DNA of 64,000 nt, taken from the NCBI RefSeq assembly GCF_009914755.1, contig NC_060927.1. One strand, given 5' to 3'. Numbering within the stretch: position 1 is the first letter of the stretch; each line of letters begins with the position of its first letter. The position numbers and the translations under genes are program-made. Positions 15,048 to 29,107 of the stretch are shown piece by piece. This DNA comes from the human T2T-CHM13v2.0 reference genome, Homo sapiens. The notes below the pieces were generated by a model that searched no databases, was not told where the DNA came from, and saw only the letters and a list, made by a program, of their open reading frames with translations.

Positions 15048-15180
15048 AAAGAAATCAAGAGACAATAAATATGACAGGCTGGTGTGACTGAAAGTGATTC
15101 AGTAAGGCTTGAACATAGAGCTGGAAGTGAAGATGAAAGAGAAGCCCAGACAGGTAAGCGGAGATGCGCTTCAAAGGGCT

Positions 15181-15493
<313 letters not shown>

Positions 15494-15866
15494 AAAGGGC
15501 CTTTTAAATGAGCTAATGCAGTTGGATTTTATGACAAAAGTCACTGCAGTGAAATAAGACATCAAAATCTCTATGTGTCTAAATAGGAATGAGATTTTAT
15601 GAGTGTAATGCTGTATTTTCTTTTTATAATGAACTGATTCTGTATATAACAACATTCAGAAAAAATTAATAAATTAATCGATCAATATCAGTCGATGAAA
15701 TAGAACCTATTTCAAGCAAAAGCTATCTCTAAGGAAATGATCTTATATTGGCATTTCTTAAAATCTTGAGCATAACTCTAGATTATTTTCCTGCTTTTAA
15801 ATGACATCTAATTTATTTCTGACAGTGTGAATGGTGTATAGTAAATTCTTATTAATTGAAATGATA

Positions 15867-16024
15867 TTTCTGCCTAGTACCCATTAGTTAGTTTTCCTAG
15901 GCTTAATACCTGGGTGATGAAATAATCTGCACAACAAACCCCCTGGACACACACTTGCCTATTTACAAGCCTTCACAGTCTGCATATGTACCTCTGAACT
16001 TAAAATAAAAGTTAAAAAAAGAAA
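15867..16024 (+). mobile_element. Very short older L1PA (L1PA13-16-like) 3' end with 5' inversion
   Basis: Sense segment TAGGCTTAATACCTGGGTGATGAAATAATCTG...CTGAACTTAAAATAAAAGTTAAAAAAA. Segment 15872-15898 is the reverse complement of the adjacent upstream L1 sequence AGGAAAA.TAACTAATGGGTACTAGGC. TSD GAAATGATA at 15858-15866 and 16025-16033. Confidence 0.85.
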
Positions 16025-18679
16025 GAAATGATAATTTTGACTTATTCATGCCCCCTAAAATGTCTTTTAGGGACACTTTCTTCTAAAACAGGCTATATAA
16101 TTAAGAGAGATAAATTTTAAGTATTTTATGTTTTGATATGAAATATGAGTATGCAGGACATTGTCATGGAAACATGTATAAAAAATGAAAGAGGAAATTT
16201 AATTATCTAGGAAAAGAGTTGGGAAATACTTAAAAACCCTTGGAGGAAAGTACATTTACATTATGATAAAAGGTAAGAAATTAGTCACTGTAGACAGAGC
16301 CCCTCAGGTGTTTGGCATTCTCAACTGCCTTAATAAAAAAAAAAATAGTAATACTTTGAAAATAAGGCCACTGAGTAGAAACATCAACAAAATTTGCCAA
16401 AAATCTTTCTAATGCAAAAATTACAGGAGAAAAAAATAACCAGCATTTACATTTATGATGTTAGCTTTCAAAATCAGTTTTTGTCGGGTAAAACTAAAGA
16501 CATATGAGTTTTTTTTTAATATAAAGGAAAATAAAGAAAAAAGCAATGTGGGTAGAAGAAAAACTATTTGGAAAGGGAAATGACAGCTGAAATTAAGAGC
16601 AATGATAGCTACTATAAAAAATACAAATGAATGAAAAAGCTGCCCATGTGTGAAAGAAGAAATACTGGCCCGAAAAATATTGAGCTCTGGGGATGTTTAG
16701 GAAAAAGAAAAATCATACTTACTTCAATAATTCTGAGCATGTAACCTTGCCACATTTGAATGCTATAGCAATGTTTGATCAGTCTAGGGACAAATTTAAA
16801 AATTCTCTTAGTACATGAAAATGTCTAACATCTATAAATAATTCTAACTCATTAAGGAAAGATAAGTATGCTCAGTTTCTTTAAATAAAAGAATAATAAA
16901 GAGTGTAATATATTTTAGAAATGTTTTCATAAAAATGATTAAAATGAAAGTTCCTGAATTTGAAGTACCAAGTCTCCACTTGTCTGAAACTTAATTTATC
17001 CAATTAACACTTTTCTAGGCTCTATTCACTCCACCACTACATTTACCTTAATATCAGCTAAACAAAATTTGTTGATTATTCCAGCCATTCTGTTGTTTCA
17101 TTTCACCCATCTCCTCATCTCATAGGTATTGAAACTGCCTGAATTTGGTTCTTATTACTAAATTACTTCTTTTTTGTTTAACTGATTTAATAGAAGGTTG
17201 TTTAAAAAAATTGTTTCAGAGAAGGGTATAATCACTTGCTTTCTCAACCATTAAAAATTAGAAATCCAGATTTCAATAATACATTATGTGTTCAACTGGA
17301 ATCTAGAGCATTCAATGCTAATGAAAATTATAATAGTAATCCCCTGTGCATTAATGTACTGCCTGAAGAATAAAATAGAACAAAATGAAAATGTTGAGAC
17401 TTTTCTACAGTCAAAGGGTTTGGACATTTTCCATTTTTATCTGCTCAAACCACACTGCCAAGGGCTGCCTGAATTTCCTTATCTTTAGTTTCATACCTGA
17501 GTTGGAGGCAGTTAGTTGTTTTTTCCATTTTAAATGTGTGATTCAATTTTGAGAACTTCTTAAAAATAGTCTTGGGATTGTAAAAATCCTTGGAGTGGGG
17601 CCAAATTTTTCTGAATTAATATGCACTCTTCTCTGCCCTCAGTTACACATGACAGCCATTGACATTTCTTGTGTACATTTTCATACCCATTACTAATGTG
17701 CCACATGATGCCATTGTACTTTTACAAACACTTCTCAAAATTAGCTTTAAGCAAGTAGAATTCTCTTTCATTTAACATGTGATTATCTTAATAGGGAATG
17801 TGTGGTTAGAATCCAGCACAATAAACAGAAAATGTGCAGAATGAAATTTTAGAAGGTCAGCAGCTTCTTATTGCTACATATATTTTTGTATTGTTATTGA
17901 TTAAAATTTGCATGTGCGTTAGCAGGAATTTTGTCTTAGTTTTAATTCCTCTGTTTATTAGCAATCAAGAAGAAAAATATGCTTTGGGGACTTAGTTTTA
18001 TCTCCAGTGTTCTCTGACATCTCATACTGTTCATTTTAGAAAATATTTGGAAAAGTTGTTTACTATAATGCACTATTTATGAAAAGATACTAAAATATGG
18101 TTGAAAGATAATCTCCATTTGTTTTGTTTGTCTATCTGTATGTGGGCAGGCTGTATAAATATTGCATGAACATTAATAAATGCCTATTCAAAATAATGTT
18201 TCATGGCCTGCATATGCATACTTATAAAACACTTCTATTCTAAGATAAATGCCTAGAATATGAAAAGATACCGTTTATTTGGTTCCAAGTGTCCAGGAAA
18301 TATTACAAAGACTCACACAGACTTAACAGCTATATTAGGCCTTTAGTAGGTTTGCTGAGCAACCTTTATTTATTCTCATGTATGGTGAGGTTAAAGAGAC
18401 CAAATCTCAGACATAACACATAGGATTCAGTACCCCAGTAAAAAAGTAATTTATGATAAGTTTAAAAAGTACACATTTTAAAGAGATATTCTTAGTATGT
18501 TCTAGGGATTTGGTGCCTCTTTCTAAGTATAACACTAGATACTAAAACACAAATTTCTAAGGATTCTTCTCTTTTTTGAGCTGCTTAGAAGTTCCCTTGG
18601 AAGAAACACTGCACTCCTACAACAATGTAACGGCATGACAAATCATTGAAGTCTTTGGTGCGGCTTTGCACAATTAATA

Positions 18680-18995
18680 GCATATAGAGAGGCTATACTT
18701 CCCACCATCAACACCCTCCAACGCTTGGCAACCAATGACTGACATAGAGGTCTCAAAACCTGACTCTCTTGGCTCAAAGAGACCCAGTTCTGAAATGACC
18801 TTACTGTTTCAGAACTACAAATAGTGTTAGGCTGAGGCTAGACATCAACGAACACTACACCTTTGCTTAGTTTCTTCCTCTACCTGTCCTTTGCTTGCCA
18901 TCCTGCAGGCTTCTCCTGAGAGCACTCCCTGAATAAATCCTTTGCTTGGAAATCCAGTTCTCAGGCTGTGCTTCTAGGCAATTGTATCTAAGACA
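18680..18995 (+). mobile_element. LTR16-family (ERVL) LTR, partial
   Basis: Motifs CCAATGACTGAC, GGCTGAGGCTAGAC and GAGCACTCCCTGAATAAATC...TCTCAGGCTGTGCTTCTAGG...CTAAGACA match the recalled LTR16 3' end. Confidence 0.6.
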
Positions 18996-19585
18996 CCACT
19001 GATTTCACTCCTTCAATCCTAGAACCTTATTTAACATATATCTATTACAGACGTTGTGCATTCATATTAAAATTGAGTAAGAAATAATTCCTCTTCAGGC
19101 ATTCAAAGCCTGGTGAGAATACGTGCCAGATCATGACATGATGTGAGGTGTTATGATAGAAGAAAGTGATGTGTTATGATAGAAGAAAGAACAAGTCTTG
19201 CAACAGGTGGGGGCTGGAGGCTTTGAAAGAAGGTGACAATTGAGCTGCATATTGATTACTAGAAACTTGTTAGTCAATAAGAATGGAAAAACAAAAGAAA
19301 TTATTTTTTTTCCAAGACACAAAAGCATAATGATTTTGAGAAACTGTGGTGAGTGCATTGTGTTTAGAAAGTGCATATGGAAGAGCTATGAAAGATGAGA
19401 TTGATGTTAAACACCACAGTGACATAAGCTTATTTGAAATTTAAAAATATATTAAAAGCCTTACTCCAGAGAAAGAGGAGGTGCAGTGAAAAAAGGGATA
19501 AGAGGCAGTGAGTAATCTGATGATACGAGGAGTGGCAGAGATAATTTTTGAGGATGTGGGAAATGAGAGATAGACTCAAAAGATT

Positions 19586-22152
19586 TATTTTTTTTTCTTT
19601 ATTTCATCTAAAAAAAGGGATACATGTGCAGAGCGTGCAGGTTTATTACATAGGTATACGTGTGCCATGGCAATTTGCTGCACCTATTGACCCGTCCTTT
19701 AAGTCCCCTCCCCTCACCCCCCAACCCCCAACAGCCCCTGGTGTGTGTTGTTTTCCTTTCTGTGTCCATGAGTTCTCAATGTTCAACTCCCAGTTATGAG
19801 CAAGAATATGTGATGTTTGGTTTTCTGTTCCTATGTTAGTTTGCTGAGGATGATGGCTTCCAGCTTCATCCATCTCCCTGCAAAGCACATCATCTCAGTC
19901 CTTTTTGTGGTTGCATAGTATTCCATGGTGCATATGTACCACATTTTCTTTATCCAGTCTATCATTGATGGGCATTGGTGTTGGTTCTATATCTTTGTTA
20001 TTGTAAATACTGCTGCAATAAACATGTGTGCATGTGTCTTTATAGGAGAATGATTTATATTCTTTTGGATATATACCTAGTAATGGGATTTATTAGGTCA
20101 AATGGTACTTCTGGTTCTAGATCCTTGAGGAATCACCACACTGTCTTCCACAATGGTTGAACTAATTTATGCTGCCACTCACAGTATAAAAGCGTTCCTA
20201 TTTCTCCACAGCCTTGCCATCAACTTTGTTTCCTGACTTTTTAATAATCATCGTTCTGACTGGTGTGAGATGGTATCTCATTGTGGTTATGATTTACATT
20301 TCTCTGATGATCAGTGATGTTGAGCTTTTTTTCACACGTTTGTTGGCCACATCAATGTCTTCTTTTGAGAAGTGTCTATTCATATCCTTTGCCCACTTTT
20401 TGATGGGGTTGTTTGTTTTTTTCTTGTAAATATGTTTAAGTTGCTTGTAAATTCTGGATATTAGACCTTTGTCAATGGGTAGATAGCAAAAATTTTCTCC
20501 CATTCTGTAGGTTGCCTGTTTACTCTGATGATAGTTTCTTTTGCTGTGCAGAAGCTCTTTAGTTTAATTAGATCCCATTTGTCAATTTTGGCTTTTGTTG
20601 CAATTGCTTTTGGTGTTTTTGTCATGACGTCTTTGCCCATGTCTATGTCCTGAACGATATTGCCTAGGTTTTCTTCTAGGGGTTTAATGGTTTTGGATTT
20701 TACATTTAAGTTGTTAATCCATCTTGAGTTAACTTTTGTATAAGGTGTAAGGAAGGCCTCCAGTTTCAGCTTTCTACATATGGCTAGCCAATTTTCCCAG
20801 CACCATTTATTGAATAGGAGATCCTTTCCCCATTGCTTTTGTCAGGTTTCTCGAAGATCAGATGGTTGTAGACGTGTGGTGTTATTTCTGAGGTCTCTGT
20901 TCTGCTCCATTGGTCTATATGTCTGTTTTGGTACCAGTACCATGCTGTTTTGATTACTGTAGCCTTGTAGTATAGTTTGAAGTCAGGTAGCATGATACCT
21001 CCAGCTTTGTTCTTCTTGCTTAGTATTGTCTTGGCTATATGGGATCTTCTTTGATTCCATATGAAATTTAAAATAGTTTTTTCTAATTCTGTGATGAATG
21101 TCAATGATAGCTTGATAGGAATAGGATTGAATCTTTAAATTACTTTGAGCAGTATGGCCATTTTCACAATATTGATTCTTCCTATCTTTAAGGATGGAAC
21201 GTTTTTCCATTTGTTTGTGTACTCTCTTATTTCCTTGAGCAGTGGTTTGTAGTTCTTTCTCCTTGAAGAGGTCCTTTACTTCCCTTGTTAGTTGTACTCC
21301 TTGGTATTTTATTGTCTGTGTAGTGATTGTGAATGGGAGTTCATTCATGATTTGGCTCTCTGCTTGCCTATTGATGGTGTAAGGAATGCTTGTGATTTTT
21401 GCACATTGATTTTGTATCCTGAGACTTTGCTAAACTTGCTTATCAGTTCAAGGAGTTTTTGGGCTGAGATTATAGGGTTTTGTAAACATAAAATCATGTC
21501 ATCTGCAAACAGAGATAACTTGATTTTCTCTCTTGCTATACTCTTTATTTCTTTCTCTTGCCTGATTACCCTGGCCAGAACTTCCAATACTATGTTGAAT
21601 AGGAGTGGTGAGAGAAGGCATCTTTGTCTTGTATTGGTTTTCAAAAGGAATGCTTCCAGCTTTTGCCCATTCAGTATTATATTGGCTATGAGTCTGTCAT
21701 AAATAGCTCTTATTATTTTGATACATGTTCCATGAATAGCTAGTTTACTGAGAGTTTTTAACATGAAGGAATGTTGAAATTTATCAAAGGCCTTTTCTGC
21801 ATTTATTGAGATAATCATGTGGTTTTTGTCTTTGGTTCTGTTTATGTGATGGATTACATTTATTGATTTGTGTATGTTGAACCAGACTTGCATCCCAGGG
21901 ATGAAGCCAACTTGATCATGGTGGATAAGTTTTTTGATGTGCTGCTGGATTCGGTTGGCCAGTATTTTATTGAGGATTTTCGCATTGGTGTTCATCAGGG
22001 ATATTGGCCTGAAGTTTTTTTGTTGTTGCTGTTGTTGTGTCTCTCCCAGTTTTGGTATCAGGATGATGTTGGCTTCATAAAATGAGTTAGGGAGGAGTCC
22101 CCCTTTCATTTGTTTGGAATCTTTTCGGAAGGAATGGTACCAGCTCCTCTTT
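19586..22152 (-). mobile_element. 5'-truncated L1PA8 (about 2.6 kb; fragmented ORF2 RT and C-terminus) inserted in an L2
   Basis: L1PA8-type 3' end (AAAAAAAGGGATACATGTGCAG...CACCTATTGACCCGTCC). ORF 21345-22109 is L1 ORF2 RT ([31 protein letters not shown]). Several frameshifts split ORF2. Confidence 0.92.
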
Positions 22153-23010
22153 TTATTTTTTCACATCTGAATCTTACCAGGGATTCAAGGGATTTAAAAT
22201 CTGATAATTTACTAAATAGACAGAATGAGAGACAGAAAGAGTCTAGGAGGAATTCTAAGGATCTGGCTTCAACAATTGGGTATCTGATGATTCTAGGAAG
22301 AATACAAGGGAATGTCTCTTGATTCTGTCACCAAATACTTTTTATTTATATTGTCTTATAAATTGGCAATGCTTCTTTAGTAGGCACATTCACTGGTAGC
22401 TTGCAGATCCAGGAAGAAAGATCTGTTGATTTTTACCTTTGGAAAACCTTTACAAATATTTTCTTTCAAGGTGGCAAATTTGATCCCTCCTCCCCTACTC
22501 CCTTTATTCAACTCAACCTCTCTCTGTCAGTCGAAAATTTTATAAACCCTATTCTCTGGAAAACTTTGTCCCTCTATTTATTTTTAAATGGATTAGGCAG
22601 TTCTTAAACACAACAAATTGTGTTTTGGTTTCCTTTGCCAATATTGCTCTATTTGGAAGCCTATTTGCAAAAAAAAAAAAATTCTTTCATAGCTTTCAAC
22701 TTACTGTTTGCTCAAATGGTTTTAATTGAAGATGCTAAAGCAGTGGTTTCAACTAGAATTTTCCCAGGGTTTCTTCAAGTACATGTAATAGAAGATTCAT
22801 GTGTATGAATCTTCTATTCTCTGTTAACAGTAGAATCTTCTAAACTCTGGGAAGTTTATATTGTACTTATACTCTTGAGAGCAACTGAAACTAAGGTCCC
22901 ACAAAAATCCCAAGTGGCTGCGCATAGTAGAAGCCTGTGTTGAGACATCTTAGACACAGAAAGCAAGCAGAATCTCATGTGAGAAATCTTGGAACAGATG
23001 CCTTAGAACA

Positions 23011-23253
23011 GAGTGCAGTGGCACAATCATAGCTTACTGCAGCCTCGACCTCCTGGGCTCAAGGGAACCTTTCACCTCAGTCTCCTAATTCACTGAGACT
23101 ACGGGCACTTACTACCACATCTGGCAACTTAAAAAATTTTTTGTAGAGACAGGGTCTTGCATTGTTGCCACAGCTGGTCTCGAACTCCTGGACTCTAATG
23201 ATCCTCCTGCCTTGGCCTCCCAAAGCACTGGGATTACAAGTGAGAGCCCAGCC
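23011..23253 (-). mobile_element. AluJ, lacking 3' end and tail
   Basis: GAGTGCAGTGGCACAATCATAGCTTACTGCAGCCTCGACCTCCTGGGCTCAAG carries AluJ diagnostics. Confidence 0.85.
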
Positions 23254-25417
23254 TCCTGAGATTCTTTATTTAATGGTGGCTAATCATTCTCCCAAGGAAC
23301 ACTAGAGAGATTTTTTAGCTTTTAAACAAAATGTGAAGCTAAACTGAAAGCGAAATAAGAATATGATCACTTTTGTCAGAATAAATGATGAAGACTCTTG
23401 AGCATTTCCAGATTATTTTTGAAGAGGACAGTTTATTTTTAGAACACATCTTTTATTGTTAACTACAAATTCAATTAAGCCTAGAAAAAGCCCCAAATGG
23501 CCAAATGATTATGGGCCAAAATTATTTACTTATTTATAATATTTTTATTTCTAATATGTTCTGAATTTATAGCATATCTATTTAACATAAATGATAAGAT
23601 TCATTTTCTGTTCATATTCCTGAACGAAATAGAAATATTAGAAATATTTCTGAAAATATATATCAGCCTGACTTTTATTCCTTGCCTTGTTTTCTCTTAG
23701 AACGTTATAAACAATAAGTCTATGAATAAGTAGTTATTAAGTGTGTGCTAGGTTTAAGATATTGTGTGATGATTACATCCTTGGAGGTAAAGTGCAATTT
23801 CCTGAGATGTAATATAAAACTTTAAAAAAATGATGACGTTCTGGCACTTGAATTACTAAGCTTTCTATGTATACAAGTTAGTGTGTACTCATACAACCCT
23901 GATAGATTTTAATATTTTACTAATTAGTAGAACAAAATAATTCTCTGTGGAAATAATTCTATCTCAGTATTGCTTGATGACAAAACTCAACCTCAGGTCT
24001 ACAAAGATATTTAGAATATATGATTCAGAAGCTACAATAAGTCAACGGTTATTGGCTTGGAAATGAACTATAATGCAGACAACAATAAAAGCGTTCAAAT
24101 ATGGTTTGACTTGGTGAATTTAGTTACTATGTGATATTGGTATTTAGTGAGGAACTGGTTTACCATAGGAAATTATTTTTAAGCCAAAACACAAAGCAAA
24201 TCAATATTTTTGCTTCTATGGTATTTTACAAAGGGCATTTCTACTTCACCACAATCAATTTTGCCAACCTGCTAATGCCTTTGACCCTGATCCGAGAACC
24301 TTTTGCTTGAACTTGGTGTCCCAAGTAAGATAAATATGGTCGTAAATGTGGTTTGTGGAGGGCAAAGGGACAGCCAGCCTGAGCTTAACCAACCAGTGCT
24401 AAGTGTAATATTATGGTGTAGAAGAGGAAAGAGGAAACATGCCAACTCAGAGATGAAAGAATTTCCTGTGCTTCACTCCTCAAAGCATTCGAAATTATTG
24501 AGTTGGCTCCTGATATACAGGAAAATATTCTAAACTGGAAAGTAATTTGTTTGACAGTATTTCCCCCCATGGTGAAAACCCATGAAAATAACCCCTATGT
24601 ATTATAATATATAGGGTGAAAGTTGATATCCTATATCTCTAGTAATATTTTCCTTACATGAGGAAAGTCTCTGGAGTCTTGATAATTAAAACTACCCCAT
24701 AATACTGACAAAGTGGATGTAGGTTGAGATTTTCCACCACATAAGTACTGGCTTAGTTTTATTGCCTGAAAAAAAATGTACTTTTTTTTTCATAAGTGAG
24801 TTTTTCTACATTTACTCTGTGCCAGTTCTAACATTTATTTTTATTTTATACAAGTTTTTATTTTTTTCTCATATAATTAAATTCAGATTTTTTATTGGTT
24901 GGAGTTGACTGCTTGGAAATTTTTGTCTTCAAAATGATTCCTGCAAATAACCTCTGACTGGTCTTGTTTCTGCATTGAAGAGAAGGTAGGGTTTAGATGG
25001 AAATGAAAGATAAGAAGGAAGTGTTGCTGACAAACAAAATCACTTTCATCATGGTGTTCCCACAGTTAAAAACTAAGTATATGTTAAAGCTTATCTCAAA
25101 AAGTACTATCTCATTTATTTGCCAAGGCATTTTTTTCATCCACAAACAACTTTATTTCTTTATTTATCTCTTGCTTTTTGTAATCTATTTCCCTACGAGT
25201 ACTTATCCAAACTTATGTTTTTTTCCCCTCTGAAACTTTTCACATGATTTTCCTCCTGCCTAACATGCCTTTTCTTCTGCTTTCTGCCTGTTCAAATCTT
25301 ACATGTTCTTCCAGGCCTTGCTGAAGCCTAGATAAAGCTTTCACAGACAAATCCTGGCCAAGCAAGCTCTTTGTGTGTGTTCATTATTTTAAATGCCTTT
25401 ATTTATATTTATGTGAT

Positions 25418-25427
25418 TATCTATCTG

Positions 25428-25469
<42 letters not shown>

Positions 25470-25480
25470 ATCTATCTATA
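25418..25480. repeat. (TATC)n / GATA tetranucleotide microsatellite
   Basis: 10 perfect TATC units at 25430-25469 plus degenerate flanks. Confidence 0.95.
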
Positions 25481-25482
25481 TC

Positions 25483-25757
25483 TTTTTTTTTTTTTAGGCA
25501 AAATTTCGCTCTTGTCACCCAGTGCAATGGCTTGATCTCAGTTCACTGCAACCTCCGCCTCCCGGGTTCAAGCAATTCTCCTGCCTCAGCTGGGATTACA
25601 GGTGTTCACCACCATGCCCAGCTAATTTTGTATTTTTAATAGAGACAGGGTTTCGCCATGTTAGCCAGGCTGGTCTCGAACTTCTAACCTCAGGTGATCT
25701 GCAGACCTTTGCCTCTCAAAGAGCTGGGATTACAGGCGTGAGCCACGGCACCCAGCC
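25483..25757 (-). mobile_element. AluSq/Sp-like with small internal deletions
   Basis: TTTCGCTCTTGT and GTGCAATGGC diagnostics. TSD TATCATCTRTCTAT at 25466-25479 and 25758-25771. Confidence 0.9.
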
Positions 25758-26929
25758 TATCATCTGTCTATCCATATCTATCTCGCTTAGCGATAAATAC
25801 CTAGACTTTGGAGTCTCACTGCCTGGATCACAGTCTCACAATTTTGTCTGTTCAGATGTGTAAGTCTAGGCTGCAATACCAATTAGTAGTAGAAGGAAAA
25901 GTTATGCATAAGTTCTGTTGGTGGAGATGGGTTATTTTATTTGTTAGATTGCTCCCACACTTTTAATTCAATATTTTTCTTGGGAAAGTTTTCATAGAAA
26001 TAATGTTTGAGCTAGCTGAGCTTTGAAGTTCAGTTGGATACCTGAAGAAAAGAAAGAGTGTTTTAAGCAGGAGAATAGCATGAGAAATATTACAGAAGCA
26101 AGAAAGAACAAGGTGTGTTTGCATAAACAGTAGCAGATTAATTGAATATAATCTACAAAATAGAGATCCATTTAGGCTGCTGGTACCTAATAGCTCTGCT
26201 ATTTAAAGTGTGCTCTTTTTCTTAAACGGTTTGGTTATATGAAATAATAAAAGATAGCTGAGATAATATGCATAGCACAATACAATTCATCACAACTATT
26301 TAGAGAAATGTGAACAGATGTGTCATTTTGGCTCAAAGAAACTATGTTCATGAGTCTTCTTTTTCAGTACATTAAATTCCTACTCTATTTAATAGCTATT
26401 TGCAGTATATCGAGTTTTGTCCTTAATTGATTATTTGTATGTGTTTTAAGCCTACCATAGTAATCATTATGGTTTCAACAAAAGCAAAAATAATCTTGTT
26501 TTTCTAACGTTTATCATAAATGCTGGACAGAGATCATAAATTAACCTACCATCAATGTTCTAAAAAGTTTTACTCTATATAGATGATGAGGCAACTATCA
26601 AAACATGTGATTGACAGGAGGAATTCTACCATACAACTTAACACTTTTTTGTTTCAGGTTAATATCTTGCTTCTAACTTAATTGAGTCCGGAACTGATAT
26701 GAGATTATTGACATAGTATTGATCCAAGGTAGTCCTCATTATTTATCATTCTTGCACTTAACAAATCCTTATTGAGTACCCACTATGTGTGATAGGCATT
26801 GATATAAACACTTGTGATCCATTGGTGTACCAAACAGATAAGTAAACTTAACATTCTTGTGGTTATGTATATAACCATGCATATAACAAAGAATATATTT
26901 TAATGATTGTAAGCTTGAGCTCAAAAATG

Positions 26930-27080
26930 GAATAGAATTGGGGTCAAAGTTCAGCTCTAGCTTTAATTAGCTTGGTTTTTCTCCCTACGCTTCAGTTTCC
27001 CTATCTGTAAATTAGGGATAATGATGGTATCATCATCTTAGGGCTGTTGTGGGAATTAAGTGAGCTAATGCTTTTGAAGA
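26930..27080 (+). mobile_element. MIR (CORE-SINE)
   Basis: Core CTTCAGTTTCCCTATCTGTAAATTAGGGATAATG...AGGGCTGTTGTGGGAATTAAGTGAGCTAATGC. Confidence 0.8.
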
Positions 27081-27675
27081 GAATAATATGAATAATACTC
27101 TAGAACTTATTAAATGCAATTTATGTCACTTAAAGTATTAGATAATTATTTATGTTATCTCCTTAAAAATAGCATTTTATTAAAATAAGAATACATTGGA
27201 AGCTTCATTGGATGTGCAACCATACAGGTACATTTGGACTATTAACATTTTACAAAAGATAATCCTTTTTTTCTTGTGACTCTGCAAAATTGGAAATGTA
27301 GCTTGTTGCTGATTGTAGTTCTGAAAGACAGTTTGTACTTCCCAGAGCCTTAGCTGCTCTATGATTACAAAAGAGTAAACGTTACATGACTTTTTTACGT
27401 ATACAGAGTATTACTCAGTAAATGACTAGTTCAGCATACCAAATGGTATTTTACTGGTCTGAAAGACCTTTCCAAAGTATCTAATATGTACCCAGAGAAG
27501 TTAGTTGTCTGACTAATCTTGAAAAAAATGGAACTCTGTAACTCACTCTTCTTATGTTTTATTTCTATTTTCAATTAGGTAGCTTGTAAATCAAAGGGTA
27601 ACACTTATGTAAACAGCTGTTCATCTGAATTTATGGCAGTTAATGGCCTTGATTCATTTATTTATTCACTTATGC

Positions 27676-27984
27676 TTTCTTCTTCTTCTTTTTTTTTGAG
27701 TTAGTGTTTGCTCTGTTGCCCAGGCTGGAGTGTGTGACACAATCATGGCTCACTGCAGCCTCCAACCTCCTGGCTCAAGCATTCCTGCTGCCTCAGCCTC
27801 CTGAATAGCTGGGACTACGGGCAAGTGCCACCACACCCTGCTAAGTTTCCTTTTTTAAAAATTTTGTAGAGAATGGGTCTTGCCACATTGCCCAGGCTGG
27901 TCTTCAATTCCTTGCCTCAAGCAATCCTCCTGCTTGGGCCTCCCAAAGTGCTGGGATTACAGGCATGAGCCATCTCATCCAGCC
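27676..27984 (-). mobile_element. AluJ
   Basis: Antisense Alu dimer with AluJ diagnostics and a (TTC)n/T tail. Confidence 0.88.
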
Positions 27985-29107
27985 TCATTTGTTCTTTTAT
28001 TCATTAATTTGCTCATTTATTCATTATATTTAAAAAATGATACTGTATTAAAATATATAAGAGAAGTAGAAGATTGGCTGAGGAACTGATTTGGGGAGAG
28101 ATGTAATGAACAGAGTACCTAGAAAATAAAGTTGCAATATCAGCACAATGCAACAAAAGCAAATGATTTATGGTGGTCAGGAAGTCTTCTTGGAGTCAAG
28201 TTGAAAGAAATGAATGCTGTGCATTGGCTAGGAACCAGTCAGGTATTAAAGGTAGGATGCATATTTAATCTTTTATGCTGGGATCTTTTATAGGAAGGCT
28301 ATTTTCTATTCTTTTTGAACAACACCCCCATCATTTAGGTAAGGAGAATTAAAGTGCAAATAGCCAAAATAAAGCTTGCTCTTTAAGCACTCTCTCTTAC
28401 GTTTTGAAGACGATGGCAAATTTTATTTGTACATTTAAATTTGCTTGACTTTTTTTCCCTTTACCAATTGGAAAATATGTCAAGACTAAAATGCATTCAC
28501 TATAGACTAAAAACCACTTTAGCAGGGATGCACAATTTTCCCCCAACCCATGTGGCCTTGAAAATGAGCCTGCAAGGGAAGAAACTGGGCTGTATAAAAG
28601 TGTCTCTGATTCTTGGGTGGCTTGTGGTTAGTGTTATTGTTTTTAAGAACTGATTTTGGCTTCTGTGGTACATTGACCTGTGCATGGAATCCCAAGTAAA
28701 CGTTTCCACTCGGTGGGACACTGGGTCAAAGACAAAGCCTTCGCTCCTTTTCCAGTAACAATTTTTTTTCTTTGCACTCACATGATGATTGAAAGCCCTT
28801 CTCTTTTTTTTAGGGCAAACCGTCTTTCTTCAAACAAGCATTCCGTAATTTGGGAAGCTTACTTTTAAGGCTAAAGTTCATCCCAAAGCAGGGTGAGACA
28901 ACCTTCTATGTGGTTAATTTTAAGGATGTAAAAGGCTTGCTTTCCACTTACCGTTCAATTTCCTACAAAGAGCTATTTCCAGAATTAGCCCTTAACATTT
29001 TGGTTAAGCCATGTTTCTCCAGAGGGCCACTACTAACATCCTCTGATTTAAACCATTGGCAGCTTGAACACAGATTAGTTTATTGGATTATCTAGAAAGG
29101 CTGTAGA

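Noticed and set aside
21345-22109. 254-aa ORF with RT motifs, the longest in the window, as a novel RT system
   Set aside because: It is ordinary L1 ORF2 within a 5'-truncated, frameshifted L1PA8.
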